Numbered from the whole stretch's first letter, positions 11,452-26,376 are shown. The stretch is 64,000 bases of DNA, filler included, from Albugo candida (GCA_040437565.1; 13 parts of 13 records of this genome joined end to end with filler, not necessarily neighbours in it), one strand, 5' to 3'. Numbers and translations: made by a program. The notes: generated by a model not told the origin, from the sequence alone.

Positions 11452-14400
11452 AATTTTATTATAGTTATTATGAGCGTTTTTGCGGCGGCATCAAGTCCGT
11501 ATTATCTGACTCTAGCTGTCGCTTGCTCCTGACTATGTCTTATCCCGGTAAATTGATTCCTGGCTGTTGCAGAGACGCTGGGTAATTTTAACCATATGGA
11601 ACGGTCTTGTGCTAGATTTGGCAGGGCGCATATGTCTGCTGTATTGGGGAGACTTAGACTGGATGTTATGTCGAACCGGAGGTTTTTGTCCAGAATGGTT
11701 GGGAGGCAGGTGGGTGTACGACCTCGACAGGAGGTCATGCTACCAGTAGAATCATAGTAACGGAGCATGCTCAACTGAGCTGGAATAGGCTGTGCGCGGC
11801 GAAGAATATGACCAAAAATGCCCTATCGAGTCCTCGTCGGGTAGGTCCAAGGGGGTTTGTGTTACAACGCCTGTACAAATCCACGTTACTGATGTGCTGG
11901 GGGTAGTGGATACGAAGGATGCGGCGAAACTGACGGCGGTGATACACTTCAAGACTGCCAATGTCGCGGTCTGTGATACCCCATGTTCCACAGTTGTATA
12001 ACACAGTAAACACCACATACACATTGTATAAGCGAACGCGTAATGTTTAAGGAGGTGAGGGTGAAGCCATAATTTTCAAAACCTTTCAAAGGCAGCTTTT
12101 GCGTAAGCTTTTCGCAGCTGCGCGTTCTCAGAATCGCCAACTAGTGATCCCAGCTTGCGGACTGTGCGCTAACTTTCGTTGGTCGTGTCTGGTGCACCAG
12201 CAAGATTCGTTCGCTCAGTTTTGCTCACATTGATGGTCAAAGACCATGTCCGGAATACTCGATCGGCAAAAAGTAATATATGCTCGAGACGATTAGGATC
12301 ATGATGAACGAAGTCCACATCATCGGCAGCACAAAGGTGTTGAGCTGGAGCATTGAAACCGGGAAGTGGTAGAATATTTCTCGTAGTACTGATTACAAGT
12401 ATTCCACTAACAAAAGCGGGGAACGTGCATCTCATTGAGGTGTACCATTGATTACTTGCGAATGTTGAGCAGCAATACATACCAAGGCGGAGTTGAAAAG
12501 TAGTGGTGATGAGGAGAGCTTTGGATACACAATCGAGTCAAGCATCATCGGCAGTTTATGTCGATCGATCGTGTCAAAAGCCTTGCTGAGGTCAATACCT
12601 AGAAAGTACATACTGATCTGGAAGCGACGCGTTTGGGCTATATTCCACCGTGTGGGCACAGAAGGCAACAGCTGTGCTGCGAGAGACTCGAAAACCGCTC
12701 TGGTTAGGTAAGAGTAACTTATCCATTTTGATAGGATGCGATTTAATATGAGTGTGGATATGGTCTTAAGAGTGGTGCTGAGAGGGGTGATTGGTAGAAG
12801 GGTGGCGCAGCTGCCCGTCGATTTATCAGGATTCGGAAAGGTGATGATACCACCACGGGTTTATGGGGTGGGGTTCCGGAGATGACGATTGAATGCCTTA
12901 GCGAAATTGTCGGCAACCACTTGAAAATTTATACTTCTGTAGATCAGCTGGGACGCGATCTACGCCTGGTGCCTGATTTTGTCTCAGAGCCCGAATGTTT
13001 GTGTAACTTCGTCCACCGTAATGGGCGAGGTCATTCTGTATCTTCCGACAGAGTCGTAACTGAGATGAGTTGTAGGAAAGTGGGCTGAAAGAAAATCCGT
13101 GATGACTTGGGCCGTTTCCCTGGAGTTGCCAATGACAAACCCATTGTGGTCACATATAAATAACGCGACCGCTTTCGTGGCTTGAGCCGTCGAACGATCT
13201 GATACAACCTTTCCGCGTATTTGTGTTTTTTTGAGATTCGTAATGTGCTGGGTGATACCAGGTCTGCCAGGATACGTGCACTTTTGTCGGATGGTTCGCA
13301 GCAGGGCTTGTGGGCGAGATCGATAGAGCAGTAGATCGACAGGATAATTGCTACTGGTGATCAGATCATGGAGATTTTTTGCGCACAAGAAAGCTCCGTT
13401 ATCTCATCGTTGTGATGAGGGCGCTGTGTAGTATCACTCCTAGATCGGATGATGGTTTTTGCGATAACTTTGATGCGATTTAGTATCGATGGCCATTCGA
13501 ATGAATAAGCGGGGGCTGATTCGACAAGTGCCTTTGTGATAGATCGCTGGTATAGATCGAGTATATCCGAATCTCGGAGGAGCGCGGTGTCAAAGGTAAG
13601 AGCCGAAAGTTGCGTGCAGAAGATGTTCATGAGTATCTTATAGACATGCAAAGCTGAAGATATGTGGTTGGGAGCCGGTGATCACAGTCAACGAGTGTCA
13701 CGCTCCACGATTGTGAATTGGAAGGAAGAAACTTGAAGCGTGCTGGGAGTATGATGTAGTCGATCTGATTAAATTGCAGCCCTTCCGCGAAGGCCTTGCC
13801 AGGTTGTGATGTTGGGTGCGTCTTTTAATAAAAGTCTGTGTTTGAAAAGAAGAGGTCGTTGTCCGCACAGAAATCTCGGAGACGGATGTCATTTTCATTT
13901 CGGTATCCGAGCGGGTACATTCTCAGGAAAGTCTCCCCTTTGCATCGTTTCCCGATTTCGGCGTTGGAGTCTCCTAAATCAAGAAGAGATGGTGGCGAAA
14001 ACGTTGGATTATTTGCTGAAATGTTTCGCAGAATGCATCAGACTCTTCTGTTAAACGTCGCATGTTCCCGGCATAGACATTGATAAATTACCTTGATTTT
14101 CTTTGATACAGCTAGTTGTAGTAGGCGATGCGATCGCTGACCAGCCAGTATCGATGCATATGGTTTGCGACTCTGTCGTACAATATGACCAGGCCGTAAT
14201 AGGGTTTCGACGAAGGAAGAAGTATCACTCGATTTGTTCGGCCGTCGAACGTCGACGAGAGCTCGCGTTATTTTGGTCTCCTGTAGAGCGCATACGTCCA
14301 GTTTGTACCGCGCGCGATCTTTCGTTATGCATGTCTGATTTACGTTTGAGGTTCGCCCACGAAAGTTGAAGGTGCCGAGTTGGGGGGTCTTGGATTACAG
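11452..14400 (-). mobile_element. Non-LTR retrotransposon (RTE-like LINE), APE + RT, degenerate
   Basis: APE motifs LGTFNFRG, LQETK, CDHRL. RT motifs LGIDLSKAFDTIDR, AADDVDF, LTINVSKTE. RTE-type tail YNCGTWG...FRRILRIHYPQHISNVDLY. 3' end in TAA-like repeats. Frameshifted. Confidence 0.9.
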
Positions 14401-16411
14401 GACTAAATGTCAGAATTAGACGCTTTGGGCATGACCCAGGTAGTTGCGTCACTCCTAACCACCGAAATATATCCCTTTTATTCGTGGGAATATTAATAAC
14501 CTTTATCAATTCTCTTTCCTACAATCGGTTTTCTCGAACACACCTTGTCGTACTAATATTGCCTTTATAATTCAATCGTATTACGTTTCTGCACTTCAAA
14601 TAAACTTCCCATATGTTCAATAAACCATGTGATTGACCTTACGATTCGAATGCATCAATCGATTCATTCAGAATATGCTAAGCTTACTCATCTTCTCGAA
14701 AATAGAAGTAAGTGTATGTGTATCGGTAGAAATTCGAATGTACAATACAGAGGTGTATGTACGTGATATGTAGAATTTGAAACGGTGGCATGAAGGCTTC
14801 TATTTTGGTTCATTTATTCCTTGTCACTTCCTCACTTTGTGCCATACGACTCTTATCATCTCTGTACTCTTTAACAGTTTTTTATTCTCGGTACATTTCT
14901 GCATTATGAGCACAGTCGCTGGTGTTTCGATGTGATTATAGTGCTTTCTCAGAAAAAATAATACAGAGTACACTATTTTGTCATACTTTTAAAGGACTTG
15001 AGGATATATTACATGATTGCTCTAATTTATTACATCGGTCCTCCGTATAGTTTCTTCCGCTGCTAGCTTCTATTCATATTTGGCTGACCTTCTCTGATGC
15101 TTCTTTGACATTAAATGAATTAGAGGGATTTTATAGATGGTACGATATGCTAAAGCCATCCATAAATGCCCTATTACTAAAAAAGATCGCAAAAGTCAAT
15201 AAATTCGACTTGTCTAGCATTAACAAATACAATGACAGTATAGAAAGTGTTAACGTTGAACGCTAAAAGTAGTCTGCCTAACGTGTCTAGTCAAGAATGA
15301 GCCGCCCTACTGCGTAACTAAAATATAAATGTATTGTATAATGGGTGCGACAATTACCGCAGACAGAACACCTCTGAGGGGCTAATCGGCGTAACTAAAA
15401 TATCTGCTCGATAGGGTGGCTGTATTACTTAGTCTGCGTAAGTTACATTTTAGAAGAGCGAAACAAAGAAGTTCCTCAAGATCGGAAGTATGATAAACGA
15501 CACCCAAAGATTGATTACTGTTTATGAAGTACTATCCTGAAGTACAAGAAAAGACTATGGTCCTTTCATTGATCTCGGCCCCTTCGAGTCGGTTCTTCTC
15601 CAGACAAAAGCCATCAAAACTTCTTACGATTCGCTTCTGCATGACTTCTACTTTCTTAGTTGATTATGTGGCAGCGCTACTTAAAACTAACTCTGAAGAA
15701 GCTCAAACGATCACCCGTTGCCGCTTCACATAAGAAACATACAGTGTGGGACTCATATAACCATCAACTTCTGATTTTGTGCCGCCAAATTTAGAATTTT
15801 CAACTTTATAAAGCCTATATGTGACAACAACCTATTTATCAGCCNNNNNNNNNNNNNNNNNNNNNNNNNNNNNNNNNNNNNNNNNNNNTTAATTAATTAA
15901 NNNNNNNNNNNNNNNNNNNNNNNNNNNNNNNNNNNNNNNNNNNNGAAGGGAAAACCGTGGAAGTTATTTTAAAAATCTCAGAAAACGCGTGTGAGCTCAT
16001 CAGGAAACCGAGGGATTCAAAAGTCGAAATTGAGCAAATTGGGGACTTCATAACATTTAGTCCGTTCGGGAAGCCTTCTCTCACGGATAAATCATAATTT
16101 CCTCTAGTTGTTCATGTCTTTTGTTTTTTGTGTGTCAAGATATCCCGTTTCAAGCGATAGAAGTTGAGCAAAGAATCATAAACGTTATGTTTATTGTCAA
16201 CTGGCTAAGATGTAGTTGAATGTTATCGCGAGATTATAACATTATGCAGTATACATATGAGTTTGGGTTACTTAAAAACATGGTCTTAAATATGGAACGC
16301 CCTGGCATGTATCACTCTCTCATCCTCCGGGTTAGCTATTCTACTAGATTCTGACCTCCAACCATTCCATACGATCTCAACTACACATTGAGATTGGACG
16401 ACTCGACAGGA

Positions 16412-17227
16412 ATGATTCGTATTACTACTCAGTGTTTGATGATTATCACTTTCATTATGATCGATTCGAGTCGGCAGCAACCGGAGTTCCATGAGCTAGA
16501 TGAACTCTTCAACAAATTCATCAAGGACCGAAGTTTATATGAAAGCTTTTATAATAATTTATTCATTGTGGTGAAATCTTGCATCGATGGTAGCAATTCC
16601 GCTTATGTAACAGAGTCATGATAGGACTTTGATCTAAATACCGATTCTTTTCTCGTTCGGACTTGATAGAATTACCAAGCCTTGAATACTCCAAGAAGGC
16701 AGAAGTCATAGATATCATGATATGGGTGGTAAATTCTGGATCTGGCGAAGGTAAGAGCAACATGTGCAACTCTTCTCACTTAATAGTCTTTTTCTCGCAT
16801 GTGGACATACATAGACGTAACTAATCAGGATCTGACCGATAAGTACAATGCCCTCAAAAGTTTTTTTAAGGCATCGGACGGGACATCCACATCGGGAAGA
16901 GATGATACCGTCAATTCCATCAGCAAAGTGAGAGGCAAAAGAGTGCAGAAGGAATTCCCCGACATCAGTCACGCTGAAGCTCAAGAGAAGTTAGTCGCAC
17001 AAAAAAAGCTACTAAATGCGACACTCTCGTCAATAAGGAATAAGAAAGCCAATTTCCAGAGGAACTCAAATGATGACGATGGAGGAAAAGACAAGGATGA
17101 ATTCGCGACATCGTCAAAGCCATCGTATGAGACACATACGTCAAAAATCAATGAGAGCGTCAAATCCAGCAGCAACTCCAGCAGGAAGAACAAAAGAAAA
17201 GAAAAGAACAGGATGTACGAAGTGTAA
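16412..17227 (+). CDS. Putative secreted protein, ~223 aa, 3 exons (16412-16589, 16670-16750, 16815-17227)
   Basis: Signal-peptide-like MIRITTQCLMIITFIMIDS. Two GT-AG introns (80 and 64 nt) whose phases join three open frames without stops. Basic C-terminus SRKNKRKEKNR. Confidence 0.6.
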
Positions 17228-20200
17228 AAATGGAGTTATTCGAGTCGAGGCGATAGCGCAGAACACCCTATGAGTCATCAAATATACTCACTTTTTGATG
17301 AGATGTTATTTTATAGCTCAGTACAAAGCACATTATTGAGCTTCATCTTGGCTTCTCTACTCCAATGCTTCGCGGGAGTTCTTGATTAAGTGACACCGCT
17401 CTTGCAATGGCAATTTTTATTTTCCAATAAACTTTCAAGAAATCCTTTTATTCATGCAAAGTACTTGGTTGCGATTTATTGAGACCGGATGAGCGCAAGG
17501 GTCGGCGCTTTGGAGCTTGATGGATCCACAGCTAGTAGCTCGCATTGCAGAACAATGGGCTTCCATTGCGTACACGTTTCCAAGAATTAGTCGTCTGGTA
17601 AGCTCTCATGGTACAAAATAATAGTGCAACTCGGGCTGACATTCGTCTGGAGCACTACAAGCACAATAAGAAAAGAATGGAAGACATCTAACATCAGGAG
17701 AATACCTTCGAATAAATTGCCTGATCCGAGATGAGCGCTTGCGCCCTAGCCAGTCTGTTAAAGCCATTTCAAAGCAATTTGGGACATATTATGAGGATCT
17801 TTTCCAATTCGGTCGAGAAGTAATCAGATCAAAACAGGACGAGACGTTTGAAGTCGAAGCAAACAGCATGATGCAATGTAACTGGCTTTGTGCACTCGTA
17901 TTGAACGCAAAGATCTAAATATATTTCATAATTTTGATTTTGTCCAGCAGCTGGTGAATGACGCACCTGCAGTACATGGAGCTTCTTTAAGTGATCAGCA
18001 TCGCCCACTTTGATAGCAGTAAGAGTTGAGTTGATGGCACCACCAGAGTAAATAATCTACACGTGCAGATCAAACGATCAATGTTTGACAGAGCTTTTTA
18101 TTCCAGAATCAACTTACTTCCTTATTGGCTTCAAATTGAGTCTCGCGATGCGTTCCGTTGCATTTAAAAGATTTTCCAGTGGCTCTACGAGCTTGAAACC
18201 CGATTTTCGTGGTCATTGTGTTAGTGATGACTTTAGATTCGGTCGGTTGATAGCAGGGCAAAGGTACGCCTGTGCAGCGCTCCAACGACGTTCATTGTGA
18301 ACGGTCATATAACCATCGATGTCGTCTAGGTGAAGGAATAACCAGGTTGCATCGCGGGCTCGATGAACTTTTGAAAAAAAATCTGATTCTTCCAATTCAT
18401 GCTACCGTCAGATAGACCACTTGCTGCTTAACAATATTGTCATATCGTTTTATCTGATTCGGAGGATCTCGTATGAGTTCGTCTATCTCTAACGTTGTAA
18501 TTGGCTACGACTCTCAAAGGAGATAGCCCTTGTCACACGTTTAGCCTTTTCCAATCCGTTCATTCCATAAATTATTCGCGCAAAATTCACCGCGAGCACT
18601 TTTGAGCCAATTGTCACAATGCATTCCAGCCGATTTGCCATACTTTTCATCAGAGACGGGCTTGAGCAACGGTAATGTCAGCTGAAATGCTTCCTACTGA
18701 CGAGTATGCATCACTTGTCACCTCTCCTATCGATTTCTTAATCAAATGATTCCCCCGACATTCAATCCCCACTGATCGCTGCCTCCCAATTGCGCGTTAC
18801 AGCCATACTGCTTTAGAAAACTGCACCTAAAGATACACACGATCAGCTTTCATGTTATCTTTCAATTCATTACTGAATTAAATTCCAATCTTCGTTTGAT
18901 GTTTTTTCTCGTACAAGCATTTTGTTGATTCAAAAGAGGCTGAACATCCATACACGTTAAATTGATTGCGTTCGCTTGGTACGAGTCACAAACCGTCCAT
19001 CATGACGCATCTAGTCCATTGTGGTCATTTCTCATGCCAATCCGCATTATTGAAACCGATTGCTCCAGTCGCCGGGTCGCTGAGATCCAACACAGTCGAT
19101 AACCCAGCTATATCGGACAGCATTCAATGCTCTTGCGCTCTGCCGCTCGGATCATCAATCATTCCCGTTGCGCCTCCAATTTGTTAAAAACGTATCCAGC
19201 ATCAGATGATGAGTGAAGTGACTTAGATTAATCGTACGGCATTCGCGTAATTGAGAAGGGCACATTTGATCCCTCACAAGAGGTTTTTGATTTGAAGGAG
19301 ATGCATATTGAAGCTATCAAACTGAGCTTCCTTTCTCAAAAGTTGCATTAGATTTTCTTCGAAGCGATCTCTGTTTTGTGTCAATGCGCTGCGCAACGAT
19401 GCCTCACAGTGTGAGCTTGATGCGATCGATGACGGATATTTTCCCAAGAAATCGGCTTTCAAGGTGTAAATTCTCAATAAACTAGCGGATCCTACTTGCT
19501 AGAACTAGCGCTTAAATTGTGTTTCCAGCTACTCCTCTCCGTAGACCGATATTCTAATCTGGTTGAAGCAATTTTTCCTCTCGCCCTCAACATTCTGCAA
19601 TGCAATTACAACTACGATCTGATCATTCTTGGAAAAATAACAAATAGCTCATTCTAAATCGTACGGAAAGCTTTAGTTAAGCCTGTGTATTCCCGCTAGT
19701 ATCTATAACGTGAAGAGCGAAGCTTCTACCCCACTCGCCTATTTCGTTGAATAAATTGCTGGAGAATTTTCACAATAGAGACGTGATGACTTCCTCATTT
19801 TGCAATAAATTCATGGAGCCGAATCGGCAATCATACGCCTGCTGTACTAAATATAGCGAGAATTAGGCATACAAAAGTAAGGCGGAGTCTGTCATCATCT
19901 CCCATCTACTCGGATTCGCCATTTCGTTACTTTTTTGCGCAAATTTAACTGGCTGTATGCGCTTTGTCTTGGAAAGTGATTCTACAGTCTTGTGTCATCT
20001 CCTGAACTCATCATCTGTTTGGTATCCTTGAGAACTTCTAAGAAATCTTTGGCCGCGAGATGTGATTTATCTAGTGGCGTGCAGCATACCGGGCCGTGAG
20101 GGTGGTGTAGGGGAAATTGAGTGACCAGCATATCAAGTAATGAGACTGATTAAGCACTTATCAAGGATAACTACATTAAAGTATCCCGATGTGATCCAGG

Positions 20201-20988
20201 CACTCTTCATTACACTGTGTAAGAGTTTGATGCGCGGTAGCGATGAAGACGTTATATTTTCTTGATAAGCGGTCTTCGTATTATGTTACAGCCTACAATC
20301 GGTACTACCGAAAGTAAAGGAGAACTATCACTCGTTGATATGGCCAACGACTAGTAAACCATGTGCCATATATTGCGCTTGTTCGTTTTTGATGATGAAT
20401 GCTGCAGGTACGACAAGTGGCATCGCAATCTCAAGTTTATAGTATTTGTCACTGGAATGATGGAAGAACACGAATATCACAAACATGACCTATAGCAAGT
20501 CATGATTGGACGCCTATTTCGCGATGAATGATCAAGTAGCACAGTTACTCCCATGTCAATAGTGTATGTGCTGCTAATGATAGCCTAAGCAGTATCCTGG
20601 ACAGTGATCGTATTTGTAAATAAAGAAGAAAGAGAGATCAAAGCTGCGATTTAATAATCAAGAGAGTGTTTGCTTACTCATTCTCGAATCATAGGAGATG
20701 TGTGGTAATTTATAAAAATCTAGGGAGATGCGTCGGGTTTTCATGAAAACGCGTGGAAGACATTGAGCAGCAATACGAGTCATTCTTGCCAATTCGTCCA
20801 ATTGCAGATGTGTAGTCGATTGCGTATCGAAAAGTGAGAACTAAAACCACTCTTTTCTTTCGTCCAGGCATGTGTAGAATCACACCCCCACCTGGATCTC
20901 TTGCAGACTAAGTGTACACTTGGAGGAATATGGTTTGGCTTCAGCAAGAGGGAATGCGACAAGTTAAAAGCAATGCTTGCAATTGTCT

Positions 20989-21038
20989 GGTGAGTAGGTG
21001 AGTAGGTGAGTAGGTGAGTAGGTGAGTAGGTGAGTAGG
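20989..21038 (+). repeat. Octamer tandem repeat (GGTGAGTA)x6
   Basis: Six perfect copies plus GG. Confidence 0.95.
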
Positions 21039-24000
21039 CCTTATCTTCTTGCTCGACTCATGCTTTCACCNNNNNNNNNNNNNNNNNNNNNNNNNNNNNN
21101 NNNNNNNNNNNNNNTTAATTAATTAANNNNNNNNNNNNNNNNNNNNNNNNNNNNNNNNNNNNNNNNNNNNTATATATATTACTTCCCGCGTAAATAGCCT
21201 ACCTTTGAACGTTAATGACGTGATGGTGAAAATTTAAACTAACGGTTTAGTTGATTGATTTTGTACGTGTAGAAATCATAATTGTTCCCATAGCCGTACA
21301 ATCAAGGATTCTTCACAAAGCTTAGCCAGACGAATCACTTTAGAAATCCGTCATAGTCCTTGAAACATCAAAGCATCAAGTATTCCTCCATGCTGATTTC
21401 ATTGCGTTGAGCATGTGCGTGATTTTTGAGCAATTATACGAGAAAAGGCATTCTACGGAGCCAAAATCATTGATGTTCTTTTTCGGACATATTGTCCTTG
21501 CAGCATTTTACTGAGTATTTTCTATTCTGCTGTATCTGAGGGTGGAAAAGACGGAAGTCAATAACCCTATGATGCCTCTAAATGGTGTAGCATTTTGCGT
21601 TCAAACCTGCTATAAGAGGAATATTATTTTGAGATGGTGACTGATATATTCTAGCAAAATGTATGGTAACCCTGAAAGCGCTAGTGCCTTCTTTCTTCAA
21701 CATCCTCAGATGTGGCAGAGCGGGCACAAACCTCGCAATGCCTGGTATTGATGAGTTCTCAATCATTCTCTATCATATCAAGCGAGCTAGCTGAGATGCT
21801 TTGAGAATATAAGAGTAAAGCACTGTTTCTATTGCATGTAGTAAATGGGGTGCTGCAAGGTCGGCAAGTGAACTAAAAGATACTAAGTGCTTCCTGGAAC
21901 CAAATCCGTTACCATTTAAAATACGTCGCGTCGCCTTAAAATCTTGATAATATACCGATTTCATTTCCAAAGTGGTGCAGTGCATTACATTTACTGCTCA
22001 GAAATTTAGAAACAGAATACACAGCGACTACGACTAAACTTGTAAAGGTAAATATACTTCCATATGAGAAGTGAAGCAGCTCGAACACGGAACAACACGA
22101 GGAATTTGCGATTCTCATCAAAATTGGATACCATCTATTTGAATTGCTGCGTGCTTATAAAGGTTTCTTAAGGATAATATAAAATGGCTCACCCAAATTG
22201 AGAGTCCTGCCTCGGCGCCTTCGAAGTTTCGTTTCAGTTGATGATAGTCGGTCACCGTTGACATACACTTTCGTACCCACGTACTTATCGAATTTAATTA
22301 AAATTCATTACACCATGGTTTCGCCAGGTCCTTCCTCTAGACATCAGAGTTGTATCAGATATCGATTATGAATAATTGTAAGAACTCAATTTTACCATGG
22401 ACACAATTCTCTGTTATGATATGAACGTGTGGAAAATCAATATCAGTTATCTGTTAAACTAGATCTCCGGAAGCGACTTGACAAAGATCAGTAGCTTTTT
22501 TCTTCTACTGTCGACCACTCGATCCCTTGAGCAGAGATGTATGCTCAGATTTGTTCCTTCTTCCCTTTTGTCACGATTTACCGCTATTCGAATCTCAATA
22601 TTCATATATGGTACCTGTCGCTGATTCAGTCGTTAAAATAAGTGTAGAATGAGTAGGGCATCATCATTTTAGTGATGGCGAACCGAATATATTTGAAGTA
22701 GAAGTGAGCAGTAGAACCATTTTTTATGCTTGGTCCGTGCTCGGGAACTAGATGCGTAGCTATTAGTAGTATCATGGTTATATCAATATGCGGACTTAAT
22801 CGTAGACTTCGCCTCATCCAGTATATACGCTATAATCGCGTTTGCGCTAAACGGGTTGCCATCCGGCTGTACGTCGAAATTTCACCGGCGTCACCGCGAT
22901 ACGTGCTCAGCTCATGTAGAGTCTCTCAAACAACAACCTTTGCATTCTGAATTGACCGCCATACCCTAATTGTTATACGTGAGGCGCCGAGGGACTTGAA
23001 TCTTCAAAGACCGACCTAAGAATGTCAGAATATGTTTTGTTTGAAGCAATTGATGAAGGTATGAGATTCAACTCAGCTGATGTGTTCAGATTATGGTTGT
23101 AGCGCTCAATTATGTTCGAGTTAGAAGCTCCCAGGCCTTAAACGTGTAGTCATTGGATGACCTTCAATAGCTGTATGTACAAAGCTAAATGCGGATCGTC
23201 TGTATATCCACGGGCATTTCTGCATCATTACTATAAATAGAAGAAAAAAATAAACTGGTAAGTCGTGCCGTTATAGCTCGGTGCGGGATTGCGAGATGGT
23301 CCCAGCCATCAGTGAGCATGTGACAGCTTCTACCGAACGTTCGCGTGTCTTTGGACACCGATACTACGCTAAACAAGAACTAGTTTCCGAGATTAAACAG
23401 ATCCACCTAAGATGAGCTTAAGGATACGACAAACTTGATGCAATCTACCAATCTGCCAATTATCTCAGAACTCTGACTAATGTCTTTGCCCGCAGTGTTC
23501 ACCATTTATCATCGGAGTTCCTGAGCTTTCGAAGTTAGTCGAACGAATTTGCTTGTGTTATGCAGGGTACAGGTGTCAAAGTCAAATCACAAAATATTCC
23601 GTCGCTGGCTTTTTGACCATTTGAGGGTTTTTAAAGAGCAGATGGGAGCGCATAGTTTGGCACAAGTTCGCATACATTACCATGTCTTACATGATGTGAT
23701 GTAGTTCATAGAGTATACTCGCGACATAACGAGTAGACAGAAGATCGATCCCTATTTTGCTGCTTGTATTTACATCGGAGCGTGTAGGATGGAAAATTTT
23801 ATCTCACGACGCATCAGATGTATGTGAGTGTCTGCCTTATGACATTCATATTAAATATCGCGTGGAATGTTGGTGCTTGTTCTTTTTCATTTCGTTACAT
23901 CTGGTTTCTTGGAGAAGAGATCAGAGCTCCCTATAAAATTCACTTCACTAATTCCATTTGATATAAACTTGTACAAATGTTCATACATCATTCGTAAGTG

Positions 24001-25227
24001 TCGCCGGAAACTCTTCTCACAAGTGATAGACGAACATTCTGAACAGTGCATAGCGGAGCCTTGTTTTTGCATTAGATTCAAGTACTGCTTTCTTGCATGT
24101 CACATTGAGTGCTATGAAGTATTCGGTAAAATTCCCAGAGTGGGAATAGTTTGACGACTCTATACACTGACAATCTAGGCTTCGTACAAAATGATCGAAT
24201 TCTGTTCTGCTTTATTAAATGGCAGTCATACTGGTGGCATCATTCAACCTTCGTTTTTGACAGCAAAGTGGCTGCCAATAAAGTGTAGGATAGCTTCTGC
24301 GTTGCACGGGTTTCACAAGAGCCAAAAAGTGAATGAAAAGCCTATTTCTTCACATATAAATTTGATTGAGAGATTCTTTCATGCTAATTTTATTCTGACA
24401 GTCCGATCTTTCATGATGGGCACGACTAGTACAGTACTCACTCATCCAGATTGATCAAACATACGTCAAGTCGGGACTATCTTGAAGAGTAACCTGCCAC
24501 TTTTCACTCCATTCAGATTGACTTGCGCACCGCATTATCCAAAGCTTGCACGTTAGATTCTGCGTTTTTGATCAAGTAAGGTCAGTATTTTCAGTTAGAG
24601 CGCTTTCGCTTAGTTCATGAGCTTTCTATACAAGTTGCCGCTTCTGATGAACACGCGCTGAATCACATACAGCAGTGCTAAACCTGTAAGATAGGCAGTT
24701 TAATCTCTGCAGTGTATGCAGTGAAAATAATTGACTGCACACAAATAGGAGCGAATGTGTTCTCTCGGCTCAGCTCAAACGAATTTTCTTTTGAATTTTG
24801 GTCTTAGGTCATAGATGTAGCAAATAAGTCATTGAAAGGATGTGAATTTATCGAAAAGGGCATATGTTGAACCCGAGTCCAAAATCTTCAAGATCTAAGG
24901 TGCCTTGTTGAAGTAGAGTAAGAATAGACCAACAGATCAAACAGCACTATATTTTGAGTTTCCAGAGCTGGTTAGTCTTCCAAGGTTCTTGCACGTGTAA
25001 TATCTACTAAATACTATGTGTATTTTTATTCTCGCAGAAGGATGACGTCTTCTGAATTCAAAACCTCTTGTTGATGTCTTGCCGCCTAAACCGTGCCGAG
25101 AACGTTGGTATCTACGATGGGCGTGCCAGGCATAGTATGTATCTCGTCACGATGATAGCAAGAAGTGGTTCATAATAAGTAACTGCACTAGACACTTGCC
25201 AACATTCATTTCTTCATGCACCATCAT

Positions 25228-25280
25228 GCAGATTGCTGAAATTGCACCGCAGATTGCTGAAATTGCACCGCATATTGCTT
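25228..25280. repeat. 21-bp tandem repeat, ~2.5 copies
   Basis: GCAGATTGCTGAAATTGCACC repeated. Confidence 0.85.
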
Positions 25281-26376
25281 GCATGGTTACATATATTCCT
25301 GATATGGTCATGACGTCTGACTGTGACGTCACTAAAGGAGCTTCCAGAACCTCTTAGAAGCGCTTAGAAGGATTGAAGGGTTTTCATTGGTCTAGATAAA
25401 TTAGTGGCTTCGAAGTAGCAAAGCTGTTTGCGAACTAAGGACCAAGAATATATCAACTTCACAGTTTACCTTCGCCTGCGCGCATCGCGTTTACAGGTGA
25501 ACAACCACATCGATTCTCAAGCTCCCCAGCCAGCGCAATGATGTCCGTCAGATGGAGCTCCGAACTGTCATGCTTCAAACTATTGCCTGTGGTTCTCATT
25601 TCTGTGCAGAGTTTCGGATCATCAGAAGCAATTTATAGTGACAGAAAAGGTACTCAAGACAAAGGGGTCTCGTAGACATCGGCGATACTCATGCAGAATC
25701 ACAGTGTTTACTGAAGGAGGTAGTAATTACATGCCGTACTTGTGGCGCTCAGGCAACGAGCGGAATGTAGACAAATATCATCAAGATGTCGATATGAACG
25801 GTGATCTACAGCTATCTGTTCCCAGCTGCATGAACAAAAGTCGCCTGGCCGTCGAAGGAGGCGAGAATAGTAGCTTGACACTCGTTAGATTGGGGAAGCT
25901 ACAGCTCGTTTCAAATGAGCGCATAATTCGAGCTGAAAAGTATAACAAATGACAGAGTAATAAGTTATGTTCGAATTACGAGTGTTCCGCTTAGATGCCT
26001 TATAAGGTGGATATGACATATATATCTATTATAATACCAAGAGGTGTACTGTGTTAAGGAGGTAATCGAAAATCTGTCCAAACTCAGTCACGCGAAAAAG
26101 CGCTAAAAAAGCTGCGTCCAGTTTGTCTAGATTCATTAAATAATATACAGGAATGTGCATTTTTGGATATTATAATACAAACTCATTATGTATCATCATG
26201 TAGAAGCTATTTTACTCACCTCAACGCCGATACTGCATTCATCCACGAATCCTGTAAAACGCAATACCAAATCAAGNNNNNNNNNNNNNNNNNNNNNNNN
26301 NNNNNNNNNNNNNNNNNNNNTTAATTAATTAANNNNNNNNNNNNNNNNNNNNNNNNNNNNNNNNNNNNNNNNNNNN

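Noticed and set aside
15299-15450. Repeated GCGTAACTAAAATAT motif as a transposon end
   Set aside because: Only two to three copies, with no partner terminus or transposase in the contig.
15893-16084. ORF running into X residues
   Set aside because: Crosses the N linker and is an artefact. The 40194 and 61130 ORF ends are likewise truncations, not real stops.
18000-19990. Minus-strand fragments with VGIEC and RVTRA, reminiscent of SF1 helicase motifs V/VI
   Set aside because: Too short and degenerate, with no Walker A/B found. May be a pseudogene but cannot be assigned.
25322-25480. TGTGACG-starting segment as a solo LTR
   Set aside because: No second copy, clear CA end, TSD, PBS or PPT could be identified.
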